The notes below the pieces were generated by a model, which was given only the letters and a program-made list of their open reading frames with translations, searched no databases and was not told where the DNA came from. 64,000 bases of DNA from Candidatus Dormiibacterota bacterium. GTDB lineage: Bacteria > Chloroflexota > Dormibacteria > Aeolococcales > Aeolococcaceae. This document shows, piece by piece, positions 28,793 to 37,532 of the stretch. The stretch covers positions 116 through 64,115 of the forward strand of contig CAWEEP010000074.1 of assembly GCA_963808125.1 (NCBI GenBank), given 5' to 3'. The position numbers and the translations under genes were made by a program. Within the stretch, counting starts at the first letter, position 1. Each line of letters opens with the position of its first letter.

Positions 28793-29892
28793 CACGGCTG
28801 GTTCCCGGCGGGGAGGCTGGGACGGCCCAGGACGAGGAGGCCGATGGCGCCGGCGATGCCCAGGGGGAGTGTCGTCGCCAGGCGCAGCAGGATGGTGATG
28901 GCGGCGGCGCTGACGGCGCCCATCCCCGCCGCGGTCAGCAGGCTGATGACCACCACATCGGTGGCACCGAGGCCGAAGGGGAGGGTGGACACGCTGCCCG
29001 CTAGCTGGGACAGGCAGTAGGCGGACACGGCCACCCACAGGGCCAGGCCGGCTCCGACCCCCCAGGCGATGAGGAGGATCTGGAAGCCGCTGAGCAGGAA
29101 TACCCCGAGCGTCAGGGAGGTGAAGACGGCCGCGACGCGGAACGAGAGGCCGAGATCCTGGAGGCGGACCACGGCTCGGAGGACCCCCGCCACGATCCCC
29201 GAGCGCCCGTCCGAGTACTCGGACCGGTGAAGTCTCTGGGTCAGGATGCTCAACCACCAGGGGGCGAGGAGGACCGCGACGGCGACGGCCGAGAGGCCCG
29301 CGACGGCTGCGGCGGGGAGGAACACTGCGGCGGCGAGCCAACCACCGAGAACGCCCATCTGGAAGACGGTGACCAGCCTCTCGTAGAGGACGGAGGCGAC
29401 CCCTGAACTCACCGGCACACCATCCCAGTTGCGCCACATGTAGGGCCGCACCATGTCCCCCGCGGCGGCGGGGGTGAGCCAGCTGAGAGTCTGACCGGCG
29501 AGCTGGGCCCCGGCCATGCGCAGCCAGGGCACCCGGTAGCCGAGCCGGTCAACCAGGAACTGCGAGCGCCAGGCACGCAGCGCGCTGATCGGGATGTTGA
29601 GGGCGATCGCCAGCCACACGCGCGACCAAGCCACGTGCCCCGACTTCTGGATGACCAGGGCGGGATTGACCTTCTGGAACAAAGCCACGATCACCCCAGC
29701 GCTGATCAGCAGGACGATGAACTGAAAGACGGCGAGGAGGAGGCGGCGCCGGGTCAGCCACTGCCGGGGCATTGGGGAGGTCGGGGCGGCGATCGAGGTG
29801 GCGGTCGCGGCAACGGCACGTTCGCTCGTCCGCCCGTCGCCGGAGCTGCCCTGGCGGCGCAAGGTGGCGTCGCACGAAGCCTTGGTGGCCAA
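28792..29892 (-). CDS. flippase-like / lysyl-PG-synthase-TM-like (UPF0104) membrane protein
   Basis: Eight or so TM segments. RRRLLLAVFQFIVLLISAGVIV, LSWLTPAAAGDMVRP. This family commonly accompanies GT2 polyprenol-P glycosyltransferases. The start is uncertain (TTG at 29892 or ATG at 29772). Confidence 0.6.
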   Translation of the reverse strand: MATKASCDATLRRQGSSGDGRTSERAVAATATSIAAPTSPMPRQWLTRRRLLLAVFQFIVLLISAGVIVALFQKVNPALVIQKSGHVAWSRVWLAIALNIPISALRAWRSQFLVDRLGYRVPWLRMAGAQLAGQTLSWLTPAAAGDMVRPYMWRNWDGVPVSSGVASVLYERLVTVFQMGVLGGWLAAAVFLPAAAVAGLSAVAVAVLLAPWWLSILTQRLHRSEYSDGRSGIVAGVLRAVVRLQDLGLSFRVAAVFTSLTLGVFLLSGFQILLIAWGVGAGLALWVAVSAYCLSQLAGSVSTLPFGLGATDVVVISLLTAAGMGAVSAAAITILLRLATTLPLGIAGAIGLLVLGRPSLPAGNQP

Positions 29893-30255
29893 GAAGATCC
29901 TCTCCCCGTGTGGGCAGATCCTGCCCTGGGCAACCTTACAGGATGCTTACCGGAACCCCGGGCGTCTCCGGGACGCCCTGGCGGCGCTCCGCGGGCGGCG
30001 GTCATGGATCCGAAAGGTCGACGCCCTACGGTTTCCGGCAGCGGAGTGATCGCGGAGCGCAGACATGGACTTCCTCGGCGCCACGATGATCCTGGTCTCC
30101 CCCGTCCAGGCGCCCGGTGGCCAGGGGCGACCCGCGCGACGGAATTCCTGGCGGCTCGCCACCGGCGCCGTCTTGCGCGGCATCGGGCGTTGTGATCCTC
30201 CCGGCACCCCGTTTTCGTGCCCCTCGTCGCGGAGAGGGCCGATGATGTGCCCGTG

Positions 30256-30414
30256 ATGCGCTTCCTCCGCCGCAGGCCTCCCGACAAACCGCGGCGCCCC
30301 GTGCGCCTCCGGCCCGTTTGCCCGATCTGCGAGCGGCCCATGGAGAGGCGCGCCTCCACGGTCTGGATGTGCCCCGACTTCCCCCGCTGCCCGGGAAGCA
30401 TCGCGGCGGACTGA
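30256..30414 (+). CDS. small topoisomerase-type C4 zinc-finger protein
   Basis: CPICERPMERRASTVWMCPDFPRCPGS matches the zf-C4_Topoisom pattern. Strong third-position G/C. The alternative start is the track start at 30217. Confidence 0.55.
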   Translation: MRFLRRRPPDKPRRPVRLRPVCPICERPMERRASTVWMCPDFPRCPGSIAAD

Positions 30415-30489
30415 TCGGCGCGGCGGATCGGTGCCGGTCGGGTGCGGCCGTGCCTTCCCCTCGAGCGGCGACGTGGCTATGCTCGGGGC

Positions 30490-31515
30490 GTGGACCTGCG
30501 TGTGCTCGGCCGGACGGGCGTCAGGGTGAGCAAGCTCTGCCTCGGCGCGATGATGTTCGGCTCCTGGGGGAACCCGGATCGCGGCGAGTCGATCCGGATC
30601 ATCCACCGCGCTCTGGACGGCGGCATCAACTTCGTCGACACCGCCGACGTCTACTCCCAGGGCGAGTCGGAGGAGATCGTCGGCGAGGCGCTCGCCGGCG
30701 GCCGCCGGGACCAGGTCGTGCTGGCGACGAAGGTGCACATGCCGATGGGCGACGACCCCAACGCCCGGGGGAACTCCAGGCGCTGGCTCATCCGGGAGTG
30801 CGAGAACAGCCTCCGGCGGCTGCGCACGGACTGGATCGACCTCTACCAGATCCATCGCCCCGATCCCGGCTGCGACATCGACGAGACGCTGGGAGCGCTG
30901 GCCGAGCTGGTCAGGGCGGGCAAGGTGCGTTCCATCGGCAGCTCGACCTTCCCCGCGTCGCAGATCGTCGAGGCGCAGTGGGTCGCGGAGCGCCGTGGAA
31001 GGGAGCGCTTCGTCTGCGAGCAGCCCCCCTACTCCATCCTTGTCCGCGGCATCGAGGCCGAGGTGCTCCCCGTGTGCCAGGCGTACGGAATGGGGGTGAT
31101 CACCTGGAGCCCGCTGGCGGGCGGGTTCCTCTCGGGCCGGTACGGGGGGAAGGGGAAGGCGCCCGCCAGCTCCCGGGCCGGGCGCCTGCCCCACCGCTAT
31201 GACCTGGCGCTGCCCGCCAACCGGCGCAAGCTCGAGGCGGTCGATGCCCTGACGCAGCTCGCCGCCGACGCCGGCATCAGCCTCATCCACCTCGCCATCG
31301 CCTTCGCCGTCCAGCACCCGGCGGTGACCGCGGCGATCATCGGCCCCCGCACCATGGAGCACCTGGAGAGCCAGCTGGGCGCCGCTGAGGTGACCCTCGA
31401 CGAGGCGACCCTCGACCGCATCGACGAGATCGTCCCTCCCGGGGTGTCGCTCAACCCGGCCGACACCGGCTGGCTGCCCCCCTCCCTGGTCGAGACGGGG
31501 CTGCGCCGGCGCTGA
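30490..31515 (+). CDS. aldo/keto reductase
   Basis: VLGRTGVRVSKLCLGAMMFG, INFVDTADVYSQGESEEIVGEAL, DLYQIHRPD, GSSTF, PPYSIL. GTG at 30490; the track start at 30442 is the alternative. Confidence 0.88.
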   Translation: MDLRVLGRTGVRVSKLCLGAMMFGSWGNPDRGESIRIIHRALDGGINFVDTADVYSQGESEEIVGEALAGGRRDQVVLATKVHMPMGDDPNARGNSRRWLIRECENSLRRLRTDWIDLYQIHRPDPGCDIDETLGALAELVRAGKVRSIGSSTFPASQIVEAQWVAERRGRERFVCEQPPYSILVRGIEAEVLPVCQAYGMGVITWSPLAGGFLSGRYGGKGKAPASSRAGRLPHRYDLALPANRRKLEAVDALTQLAADAGISLIHLAIAFAVQHPAVTAAIIGPRTMEHLESQLGAAEVTLDEATLDRIDEIVPPGVSLNPADTGWLPPSLVETGLRRR

Positions 31516-31554
31516 GACGGTCCGGCCGCCGCCGGCCGGTGCCGCCAGGCGCCC

Positions 31555-32001
31555 TTACCTGTCCCGGGGCGCGGCGGGCTCGTGGCCCTCAGCCGGTGCG
31601 GAGAACCCCTGCATCAGCTGCCGTGCCGCCATGCTCCCGCCAGCCGCTGCGGCCGCGGCTGCGGCGCGAAGCGCCAGGGACCGCCAGAGGGGGCCCTTCT
31701 CTCCGCGGCGCTTGGCCAGTTCCTTCCTGATCTCGCGGAGCTGCTCGGCCACGTCGTCCAGCGAGGCCACCGCGACGTCGGGGTCGCCGTCCTGCGACCT
31801 GCCTCTCCGGCGGGCGATCACGGCGGCGGCAACGACGACGATGACGGCACCGGCGATCGCGTAACGGGCGCCGTCCCGGCGGAGCTTGGCCTTCCAGTCG
31901 AGCTCCTCGCGAACCCGCCCTTGCAGGGTCCCGATCCGGGCTTCGAGAGCCTGCTTGCTCAGCTCCCGTTCGCGCTGCGCCGCGGCAACTGCTTCAGCCA
32001 C
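31555..32001 (-). CDS. DUF3618-like coiled-coil / single-TM protein
   Basis: 148-aa ORF with an N-terminal coiled coil, a central TM (YAIAGAVIVVVAAAVIA) and an Ala-rich tail. Last gene of the MerR-led trio. Confidence 0.5.
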   Translation of the reverse strand: MAEAVAAAQRERELSKQALEARIGTLQGRVREELDWKAKLRRDGARYAIAGAVIVVVAAAVIARRRGRSQDGDPDVAVASLDDVAEQLREIRKELAKRRGEKGPLWRSLALRAAAAAAAAGGSMAARQLMQGFSAPAEGHEPAAPRDR

Positions 32002-32399
32002 TCGAGATCCTCCTTGACCGTGGTGCCGACCTGCTTGGCCTCGTCGAGGGCCTTCCTCATCTGGAGGTACCCGCTCAATGCCAGGGCCCCGGCGGTGGCG
32101 AGAAGGGCGCCGGCCATGATGAGCCAGCCCAGCCAGGGGTGGCCGAGCGCACCGCCGATCGCGGCGGCCGCGGCCCCCAGCAGGAAGACGAAGACCAGGA
32201 ACACGAATACGCCACCGGCGATGAGGAGGCCGGCCGCGACCCCGCCGCGCTTCGCGGTGGCCGTGCCCTGCGCCTTGACGAGCTCGAGCTCGGCGCGGGC
32301 GAAACGGAGGGCGTCGGCGAGGAGGTCGCGAAGCGAGCCAACCAGCGTCTCCCTCTCCGAGACGGGCGGCGGAGCGCCCGATGCTGACATGTCCTTCAC
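31959..32399 (-). CDS. phage-holin-family (actinobacterial Holin-X-like) membrane protein
   Basis: FARAELELVKAQ followed by two TM helices (GVAAGLLIAGGVFVFLVFVFLLGAAAAAIGG, WLGWLIMAGALLATAGALALSGY). Confidence 0.5.
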   Translation of the reverse strand: MKDMSASGAPPPVSERETLVGSLRDLLADALRFARAELELVKAQGTATAKRGGVAAGLLIAGGVFVFLVFVFLLGAAAAAIGGALGHPWLGWLIMAGALLATAGALALSGYLQMRKALDEAKQVGTTVKEDLEWLKQLPRRSANGS

Positions 32400-32400
32400 C

Positions 32401-32757
32401 TCAGATGCTCAGTGCCGAGACGTCGATGTGCTGCAGCGGCTCGGGGGCGGGCACGCCATTGTCCTGCAGCGTCTTCAGGAGCAGGAGCACGTAGCGCACC
32501 CCGGCCAGGTTCACGCCGTGCGAGCGGGTGAGGTCCTGGATGGTCTGCAGCTTGAGAATGTCGCGCTGCGAAAAGCGCCGGCGGTTGGTCGGCGTCCGCT
32601 GGGGCACGACGAGCCCGACGCTCTCGTAGGCCATGAGGGTGCGGGGGTGGGTCTCCAGGATCTCGGCGGCAACGCTGATCGTGTAGATCGGCTTGTCCAG
32701 CCCCGGCGCGCCGGGAACCGTGCTGACGCTGCGTCCGCGGGTGGCCGCGCCCGTCAC
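32401..32757 (-). CDS. hspR: MerR-family transcriptional regulator, HspR-like
   Basis: YTISVAAEILETHPRTLMAYESVGLVVPQRTPTNRRRFSQRDILKLQTIQDL is a MerR/HspR helix-turn-helix. The GTG at 32757 is preceded by GGGGAGGG. Confidence 0.75.
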   Translation of the reverse strand: MTGAATRGRSVSTVPGAPGLDKPIYTISVAAEILETHPRTLMAYESVGLVVPQRTPTNRRRFSQRDILKLQTIQDLTRSHGVNLAGVRYVLLLLKTLQDNGVPAPEPLQHIDVSALSI

Positions 32758-32929
32758 CGGCCCCTGCCCTCCCCGAGGCTCGCGGCGGCGCCGCCGAGGA
32801 TGACGACCGCGATCTCCGGCAGCCCGTTCACCTTCGCCTCCGCTCTCGCCCTCTGCTCCTGGCGCCCGACGGGGCGCGGATGCTCCCCGGCAGTATAGCG
32901 GCACCATACCCCACATCCTCACTGGCACA

Positions 32930-32946
32930 TCTTCGGACACCGAAGA
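32930..32946. promoter_or_regulatory. perfect palindrome TCTTCGG-ACA-CCGAAGA upstream of the MerR/HspR-like gene
   Basis: 7-bp inverted repeat about 175 nt upstream of the regulator start. A TATACT hexamer (minus strand, about 32890..32895) lies between it and the gene. It does not match the HAIR consensus. Confidence 0.25.
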
Positions 32947-33079
32947 AGGGGTCTCGGCGCTGCCGCCGTCGCTGCGCGATGCCCCGGGTCGGCCTCAGGC
33001 CGCACCGTCACGGGCTCCGCCCCTCCGATCTTCCCAGCCTCCGTAACCCTTCGCGGCGCCGCTCCGTTACACGCAGGCG

Positions 33080-33274
33080 ATGATCCAGTCGACCACGCGC
33101 CCGAACCCGATCCCGAGCGGTCTCGACGATCTGGACGTTCGCCGGCGCTGGCTGAGGCGGCGGCGTGCCCTCGATCGCCCCGAGCGGCCCACCGGACGGA
33201 TCGCCATGTGGGTCACCGCCGGCGCGCTCGTCTCCTGGCTGTTCGTTGCCGGGTTCGCAGGCCTGGGACACTGA
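33080..33274 (+). CDS. possible small membrane protein (64 aa)
   Basis: High third-position G/C and a C-terminal TM (MWVTAGALVSWLFVAGFAGLG). No recognisable family. Confidence 0.3.
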   Translation: MIQSTTRPNPIPSGLDDLDVRRRWLRRRRALDRPERPTGRIAMWVTAGALVSWLFVAGFAGLGH

Positions 33275-33311
33275 CCCGGACGAGTTCGCACAGCGTCGCA
33301 CGGTGTGGCGG

Positions 33312-34868
33312 CTACTCGATCAGCTCGCGCAGGTCCTGCAGTTGGTTGCCGATCCAGCGGGCGACATCGTTGGTGCGGATCGTGTCGCGCAGCTTGTCTG
33401 CCCGGGCGGCCCGCTGGCGGTCGTCCATGGTCAGTCCCACGTAGAGCGCCTCGGCTGTCTCGTCCACGTCGAAGGGGTTGACGGTGAGAGCGAAGTCGCC
33501 GAGCTCCTCGTGCGCCCCGGCGTTCTCGCTGAGGACAAGGACGCCGTTCCGCGAGTTGCAGAGCGCACCCTCCTTGGCCACCAGGTTCATGCCGTCGTAG
33601 ATGGGGTTGACGAGGAGGACGTCGAAGCTCTTGTAGGCGGCGATCGCCTTGTGCATGTTCTCCTCGATCTCCACGCGGATCGGCGACCAGCCGCCGCCCG
33701 AGAAGCGGCGGTTGATCCGCGCGGCGACGGAGAGGACGCTGCCCAGGTAGGAGCGGTAGTCGTTGATGTCCTGGCGGCTCGGCTGCAGGTAGGCCCAGAA
33801 CTGCACGTGCCGGTGCAGGCCGCGATGCACCTCCAGCATCCGTTCGTAGGCGAGGAAGCCGCGCACGATGTTCTTGCTCAGGTCCGTTCGGTCGACCCGG
33901 AGGATCAGCTTCTCCGGACGCCAGGCGGCGATCCTTCGCTCCTCCTCGAGCACCTCGGGCAAGAGGGTCTGCTCGGTGAAGCGGGCCACGTCGATGCTGA
34001 TCGGGTAGTTGCGCACCCAGACGGCGCGTCCCTCGTAGTACACGGTCCGCTCGCGGAGATCCACGCCGAGGCCGAGGTTCTCCTCGCAGGTGAGCAGGAA
34101 GTTGCGGACGTCGCGCCGCGTCTGGAAACCCACGATGTCGTTGCCGAGGATGCCGTGGACGATGTCGTCGCGGATCGGCTTGGGCAGGATGGTCCAGTAC
34201 TGCGGCGTCGGCCAGGGGATGTGGACGAAGTGCTGAAGGCGCACGTTGGGGAGCTTCTCGCGGACCATGCGTGCCACCAGGTAGAGCTGGTAGTCCTGGA
34301 TTAGCACCAGGGCTGGGCGATCGCTGGCGGCAGCCTCGCGGACGACGCGGTCGGCAAACATGCGGTTGACGGCGACGTAGCCCTCGGTCCATGCCTGCCG
34401 GATCGAGTTGTCGAGACGGGCTCCCGCGCCAGATCCCACAGGTAGTGCTGGATGAACCAGAGCAGCGGGTTGCTGATGACGTTGTAGTAGAGGTCGTACG
34501 CCGCCGGAGGCGGTTGGATGAATGCGACCCGGTAGTCGGTGCCGTCCTCGGTGCGCAGCGTGGCGGGATCGCCGCGCTGGGCGAGCCGGCGGTCCGGCTC
34601 GTCCCGTGCCGCCGCCACCCACAGCGCCCGCGTCGCCGTGGCTAGCGAGGCCAGCGCTGTGACCAGGCCGCCCGACCCCTTCACCAGGCGCTCAGCGCCT
34701 CCCCGGGAGGGGTCGGCGGGCTCCAGAACCAGGGGGGCTCGGTTGGCGACGATGATGGGCTGAACGTGGCGGAGCAGCCGTCTCGCGTAGGGCTCGATCG
34801 AGGGCAGGGCGTGACCTCCAGGAACGGCGCCGCCGAGATGCCCGATCCTAGCAGGGAGGCTTCGGCAT
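33312..34868 (-). CDS. otsA: alpha,alpha-trehalose-phosphate synthase OtsA (GT20); frameshift near 34415-34430, start uncertain
   Basis: QPIIVANRAPL ... YYNVISNPLLWFIQHYLWD (frame of ORF 34301..35320), then LDNSIRQAWTEGYVAVNRMFA, IQDYQLYLV, HIPWP, ILRVDRTDLSKN, NPIYDGMNLVAKE (ORF 33312..34622). The candidate ATG at 34868 has a GGAG...GAAGG SD but would need one more indel to be in frame. Confidence 0.82.
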
Positions 34869-34955
34869 GTCCTTCGCTCTCCGCCCCCTCGACGGGGAGC
34901 CTCCTTGGGGGAAGGGCTCCCTCGTTCGCGACCTCGGCCCCAGTACACTCGTGTC

Positions 34956-35246
34956 ATGTCCTGGCGTGGCCGGCTCTTCGGTTCGAGCCCACCGCTGCAC
35001 CCCAACAGCGTGGTCATCGCCGACGACGTGGTGGCGGCGCTGACCGCCTCGGGGGTTCCACTCGGCGAGGCCGTCGATGCGACCCTGCGGAGCCACCTGG
35101 AGGCGGCGCGGCGGGCTGGCGAGGCACAGGCCCGAGGCGAGAAGATCCCCTTCTGGTTGGGCCGGGAGGAGGGCGCCTCCGGCGAGATCGAGGATACCCT
35201 GCGCGACCGCATCAGCCAGCGCCGGGCCAGCGAGGAAGACCACTGA
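34956..35246 (+). CDS. hypothetical small protein
   Basis: Internal ATG of track ORF 34905..35246. Strong third-position G/C. SVVIADDVVAALTASGVPLGEAVDATLRSHLE may be RHH-like. Divergent from otsA. Confidence 0.45.
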   Translation: MSWRGRLFGSSPPLHPNSVVIADDVVAALTASGVPLGEAVDATLRSHLEAARRAGEAQARGEKIPFWLGREEGASGEIEDTLRDRISQRRASEEDH

Positions 35247-35271
35247 TCTCGTGCCCGGACCGCCGTCGCCG

Positions 35272-36292
35272 ATGACCTCACCGGAGCTGGGCCGCCTGCT
35301 CCGGCGCTTGGGGGCAGCACTGGCCGGGCTTGTCGTGCTGCTGGCCTACGGCACGGCCGGTTACGCCCTGGTCGAGCGCTACAGCCCCCTCCAGGCCCTC
35401 TTCATGACGGTGATCACCATCAGCACCGTTGGCTACCAGGAGGTACGCCCGCTGCACCCCGGCGGCGAGGTGCTGACCATGACCGTCATCGCCTTCGGGG
35501 TGATCGATTTCCTTTACACCTTTGGCATCCTCGTCGAGCTAATGTCGAGCGGCGAGTGGCAGCGCTACTGGAGGACGCGTCGAGTGGAGCGCCGTCTGTC
35601 GGATATGGCCGACCACGTCATCGTCTGCGGCTACGGCCGCACCGGCCGCCAGGTGGTCAGCGAGCTGATCCAGTCAAAGGAGCCCTTCGTCGTCGTCGAG
35701 TGGCACCAGGATGGGCTCGCCAACGTCGAGCAGGACCAAGTTCTCCATGTCATCGGTGACGCCGCCGACAACTCCGTCCTGGAGCGCGCCGGCATCCGGC
35801 GCGCCCGGGCGCTGGTCAGCGCCGTGGACTCCGACGAGAGCAACGTGTACATCGTGCTCACCGCGCGATCAATCAATCCCCGGCTCTACATCGTCGCCCG
35901 GTCGTCGCATCCCGAACTCGCTGGAGAAGATGCGGCGGGCCGGCGCTGACCGGGTGGTCAGCCCCTACACCCTGAGCGGGCGCCGGATGGCGGCCCTGGC
36001 CATGCAGCCGGCGGTGGTGGACACCTTCGACCTCCTCACCGGGGGGACCGACACGCCGATGCGGGTCGAGGAGCTCGTCGTCAGCGCCGAGGGCGCGCCG
36101 GGGCTCACCGCCCGCGACCTGCGCCACTCCGGCGCCGTCCTGCTGGCGCTCCGCTCCAGCGACGGGGTGCTGCGCGTCGGCCCCGGCGACGACGAGAGGC
36201 TCGCCGTCGACGACATCCTCGTGGCCATGGGCACCAGCGAGCAACTCGCCAGGCTGGCGGTGGCGATGCGGCCCGCCGCGACACACCCCTGA
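35272..36292 (+). CDS. two-TM potassium-channel-family protein with RCK (TrkA-N/TrkA-C) domain; frameshift near 35915; pore signature reads TVGYQE
   Basis: Pore region FMTVITISTVGYQE; Rossmann motif VIVCGYGRTGRQV; then, after a 1-nt shift (ORF 35711..36292), NSLEKMRRAGADRVVSPY and a TrkA-C-like end. Confidence 0.8.
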
Positions 36293-36326
36293 GGACGACC
36301 GGCCCGGCGGGCGGGCGCCCAGGATG

Positions 36327-37487
36327 TCAGTGGATGAGCTGCTCCATCTCGGCCAGCGCCGCGGCCCGCTCCGGATCGTCGAAGGCGTGCCGCGCCGGCT
36401 CCAGCCGGTCGATGAGCCGGTCGGCCAGCGCCGTCTTGGCGTCCATGGGGTGGAGGGCTCCCGAGGCGTAGGCCTGGCGAACCTCGTCGATGGCGTGGAA
36501 GGTGACCGGGCCGCCGTTCTCCGCCGTGCGCCCCACGTGGAGCTCCGCATCCCCGAGGCCGAAGCAGAGCTTGGCGATCCAGTCGATGATCGGGTTGAGC
36601 TCCACCTCTCCCGGAGGGCAGAAGGCGCCGCGCACCTTGCGGCGGATCTCGTCGGGGAAGTCGTGGAGGAAGACCGCCGACTTCGGATTCGACTTGCTCA
36701 TCTTCATGGCCGCGAGCGCGTCGGCGCGCTCCTCTGGAGGAACCGGCCAGCGGTCCGGCTTGAGTAGCCCGGTGAGCAGTGGGCTGTGCGCCGCCAGCGG
36801 CTTGATGGCGGTGCCGGCGGCGTCGCGCAGAGTGTTGACCCTGATCTTGGTGGCCACGTCGCGCGCGACCACGTGGGCCTTGCGCTGGTCCATCCCGGCG
36901 TGGGCGATGTGGACCCCGAGGGCGAAGATGTCGGCCGCCTGCATCGCCGGGTAGATGAGCTTGGCGAAGTCGTGCTGCTCCCCCTCCTTGCGGCCGAGGA
37001 TGGTGATGCTCCGCTGCATCCGGGCCAGCGAGGTGTGCTTGGCGACATCGATCACCGTGGCCCAGTAGTCGCGCGCGGGGTCGGCATAGACATCCGAGGC
37101 GAGGATGAGGCGAAGCGCCCCCGGGTCGCCGCCGACGCAGAGCAGCGAGGCCTTCATCGCCTCGCCGTAGTAGGAGACGGCGAGCCGCCGGATTCGATCG
37201 CGATCACCGCCCAGCTTGTCGTTGATCCAGGTGTGCCAGTCGGCGAGGAGGACGCTGCAGTCGACGCCCGCCTCCTGGAAGTCGCGGACCTTGGCCATCA
37301 ACACCAGTCCGCCGCCCAGGTGGACCCGTCCGGAGATCTCGTAGCCGATGTAGTGGCGGATGGGCCCGCCGCCCGCCAGCAGGGCCAGGAGCTCCTCGTG
37401 GGTGAGCAGCTCGGCCAGATTGCGCTCGATCAGCGCCGCCCGTCGGGCGGTGGAATCGGCGGCGGGGGAGGGGGGGAGTGGGGTCAT
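36327..37487 (-). CDS. tyrS: tyrosyl-tRNA synthetase, archaeal/eukaryal type
   Basis: 386 aa from the ATG at 37487; the track start at 37559 lies inside the tRNA gene. Collinear with M. jannaschii TyrRS as I recall it. IERNLAELLTHEELLALL, HYIGYEISGRVHLGG (Tyr32 equivalent and HIGH region), LLADWH, YPAMQAADI (Gln/Asp tyrosine-binding pair), GMDQRK, KMSKS, AFCPPGEVELNPIIDWIAKL, GALHPMDAKTALADRLIDRLEPAR. There is no bacterial S4-like C-terminal domain. Confidence 0.85.
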   Translation of the reverse strand: MTPLPPSPAADSTARRAALIERNLAELLTHEELLALLAGGGPIRHYIGYEISGRVHLGGGLVLMAKVRDFQEAGVDCSVLLADWHTWINDKLGGDRDRIRRLAVSYYGEAMKASLLCVGGDPGALRLILASDVYADPARDYWATVIDVAKHTSLARMQRSITILGRKEGEQHDFAKLIYPAMQAADIFALGVHIAHAGMDQRKAHVVARDVATKIRVNTLRDAAGTAIKPLAAHSPLLTGLLKPDRWPVPPEERADALAAMKMSKSNPKSAVFLHDFPDEIRRKVRGAFCPPGEVELNPIIDWIAKLCFGLGDAELHVGRTAENGGPVTFHAIDEVRQAYASGALHPMDAKTALADRLIDRLEPARHAFDDPERAAALAEMEQLIH

Positions 37488-37496
37488 GGGTGGGGA

Positions 37497-37518
37497 CCGG
37501 GCGGTCGGGACCGCCCGG
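37497..37518 (-). terminator. strong GC hairpin (CCGGGCGGTC-GG-GACCGCCCGG) in the 45-nt spacer between tRNA-Tyr and tyrS; terminator, attenuator or processing signal
   Basis: Perfect 10-nt inverted repeat (effectively 9 bp plus a 4-nt loop). No U-tract. Confidence 0.35.
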
Positions 37519-37532
37519 GCGGGAAGTCGGCC

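Noticed and set aside
29798-30049. 83-aa plus-strand ORF in the about 360-nt gap upstream of the flippase-like gene.
   Set aside because: Third-position G/C is high, but it is equally high in the overlapping minus-strand N-terminal extension of the flippase-like ORF. There is no motif, no RBS and no family resemblance.
37461-37510. G-run cluster (GGCGGGGGAGGGGGGGAGTGGGG...GGGTGGGG) as a G-quadruplex element at the tyrS 5' end.
   Set aside because: It is the complement of a Pro/Ser-rich coding N-terminus (TPLPPSPAA), and such runs are common in this composition. There is no independent support.
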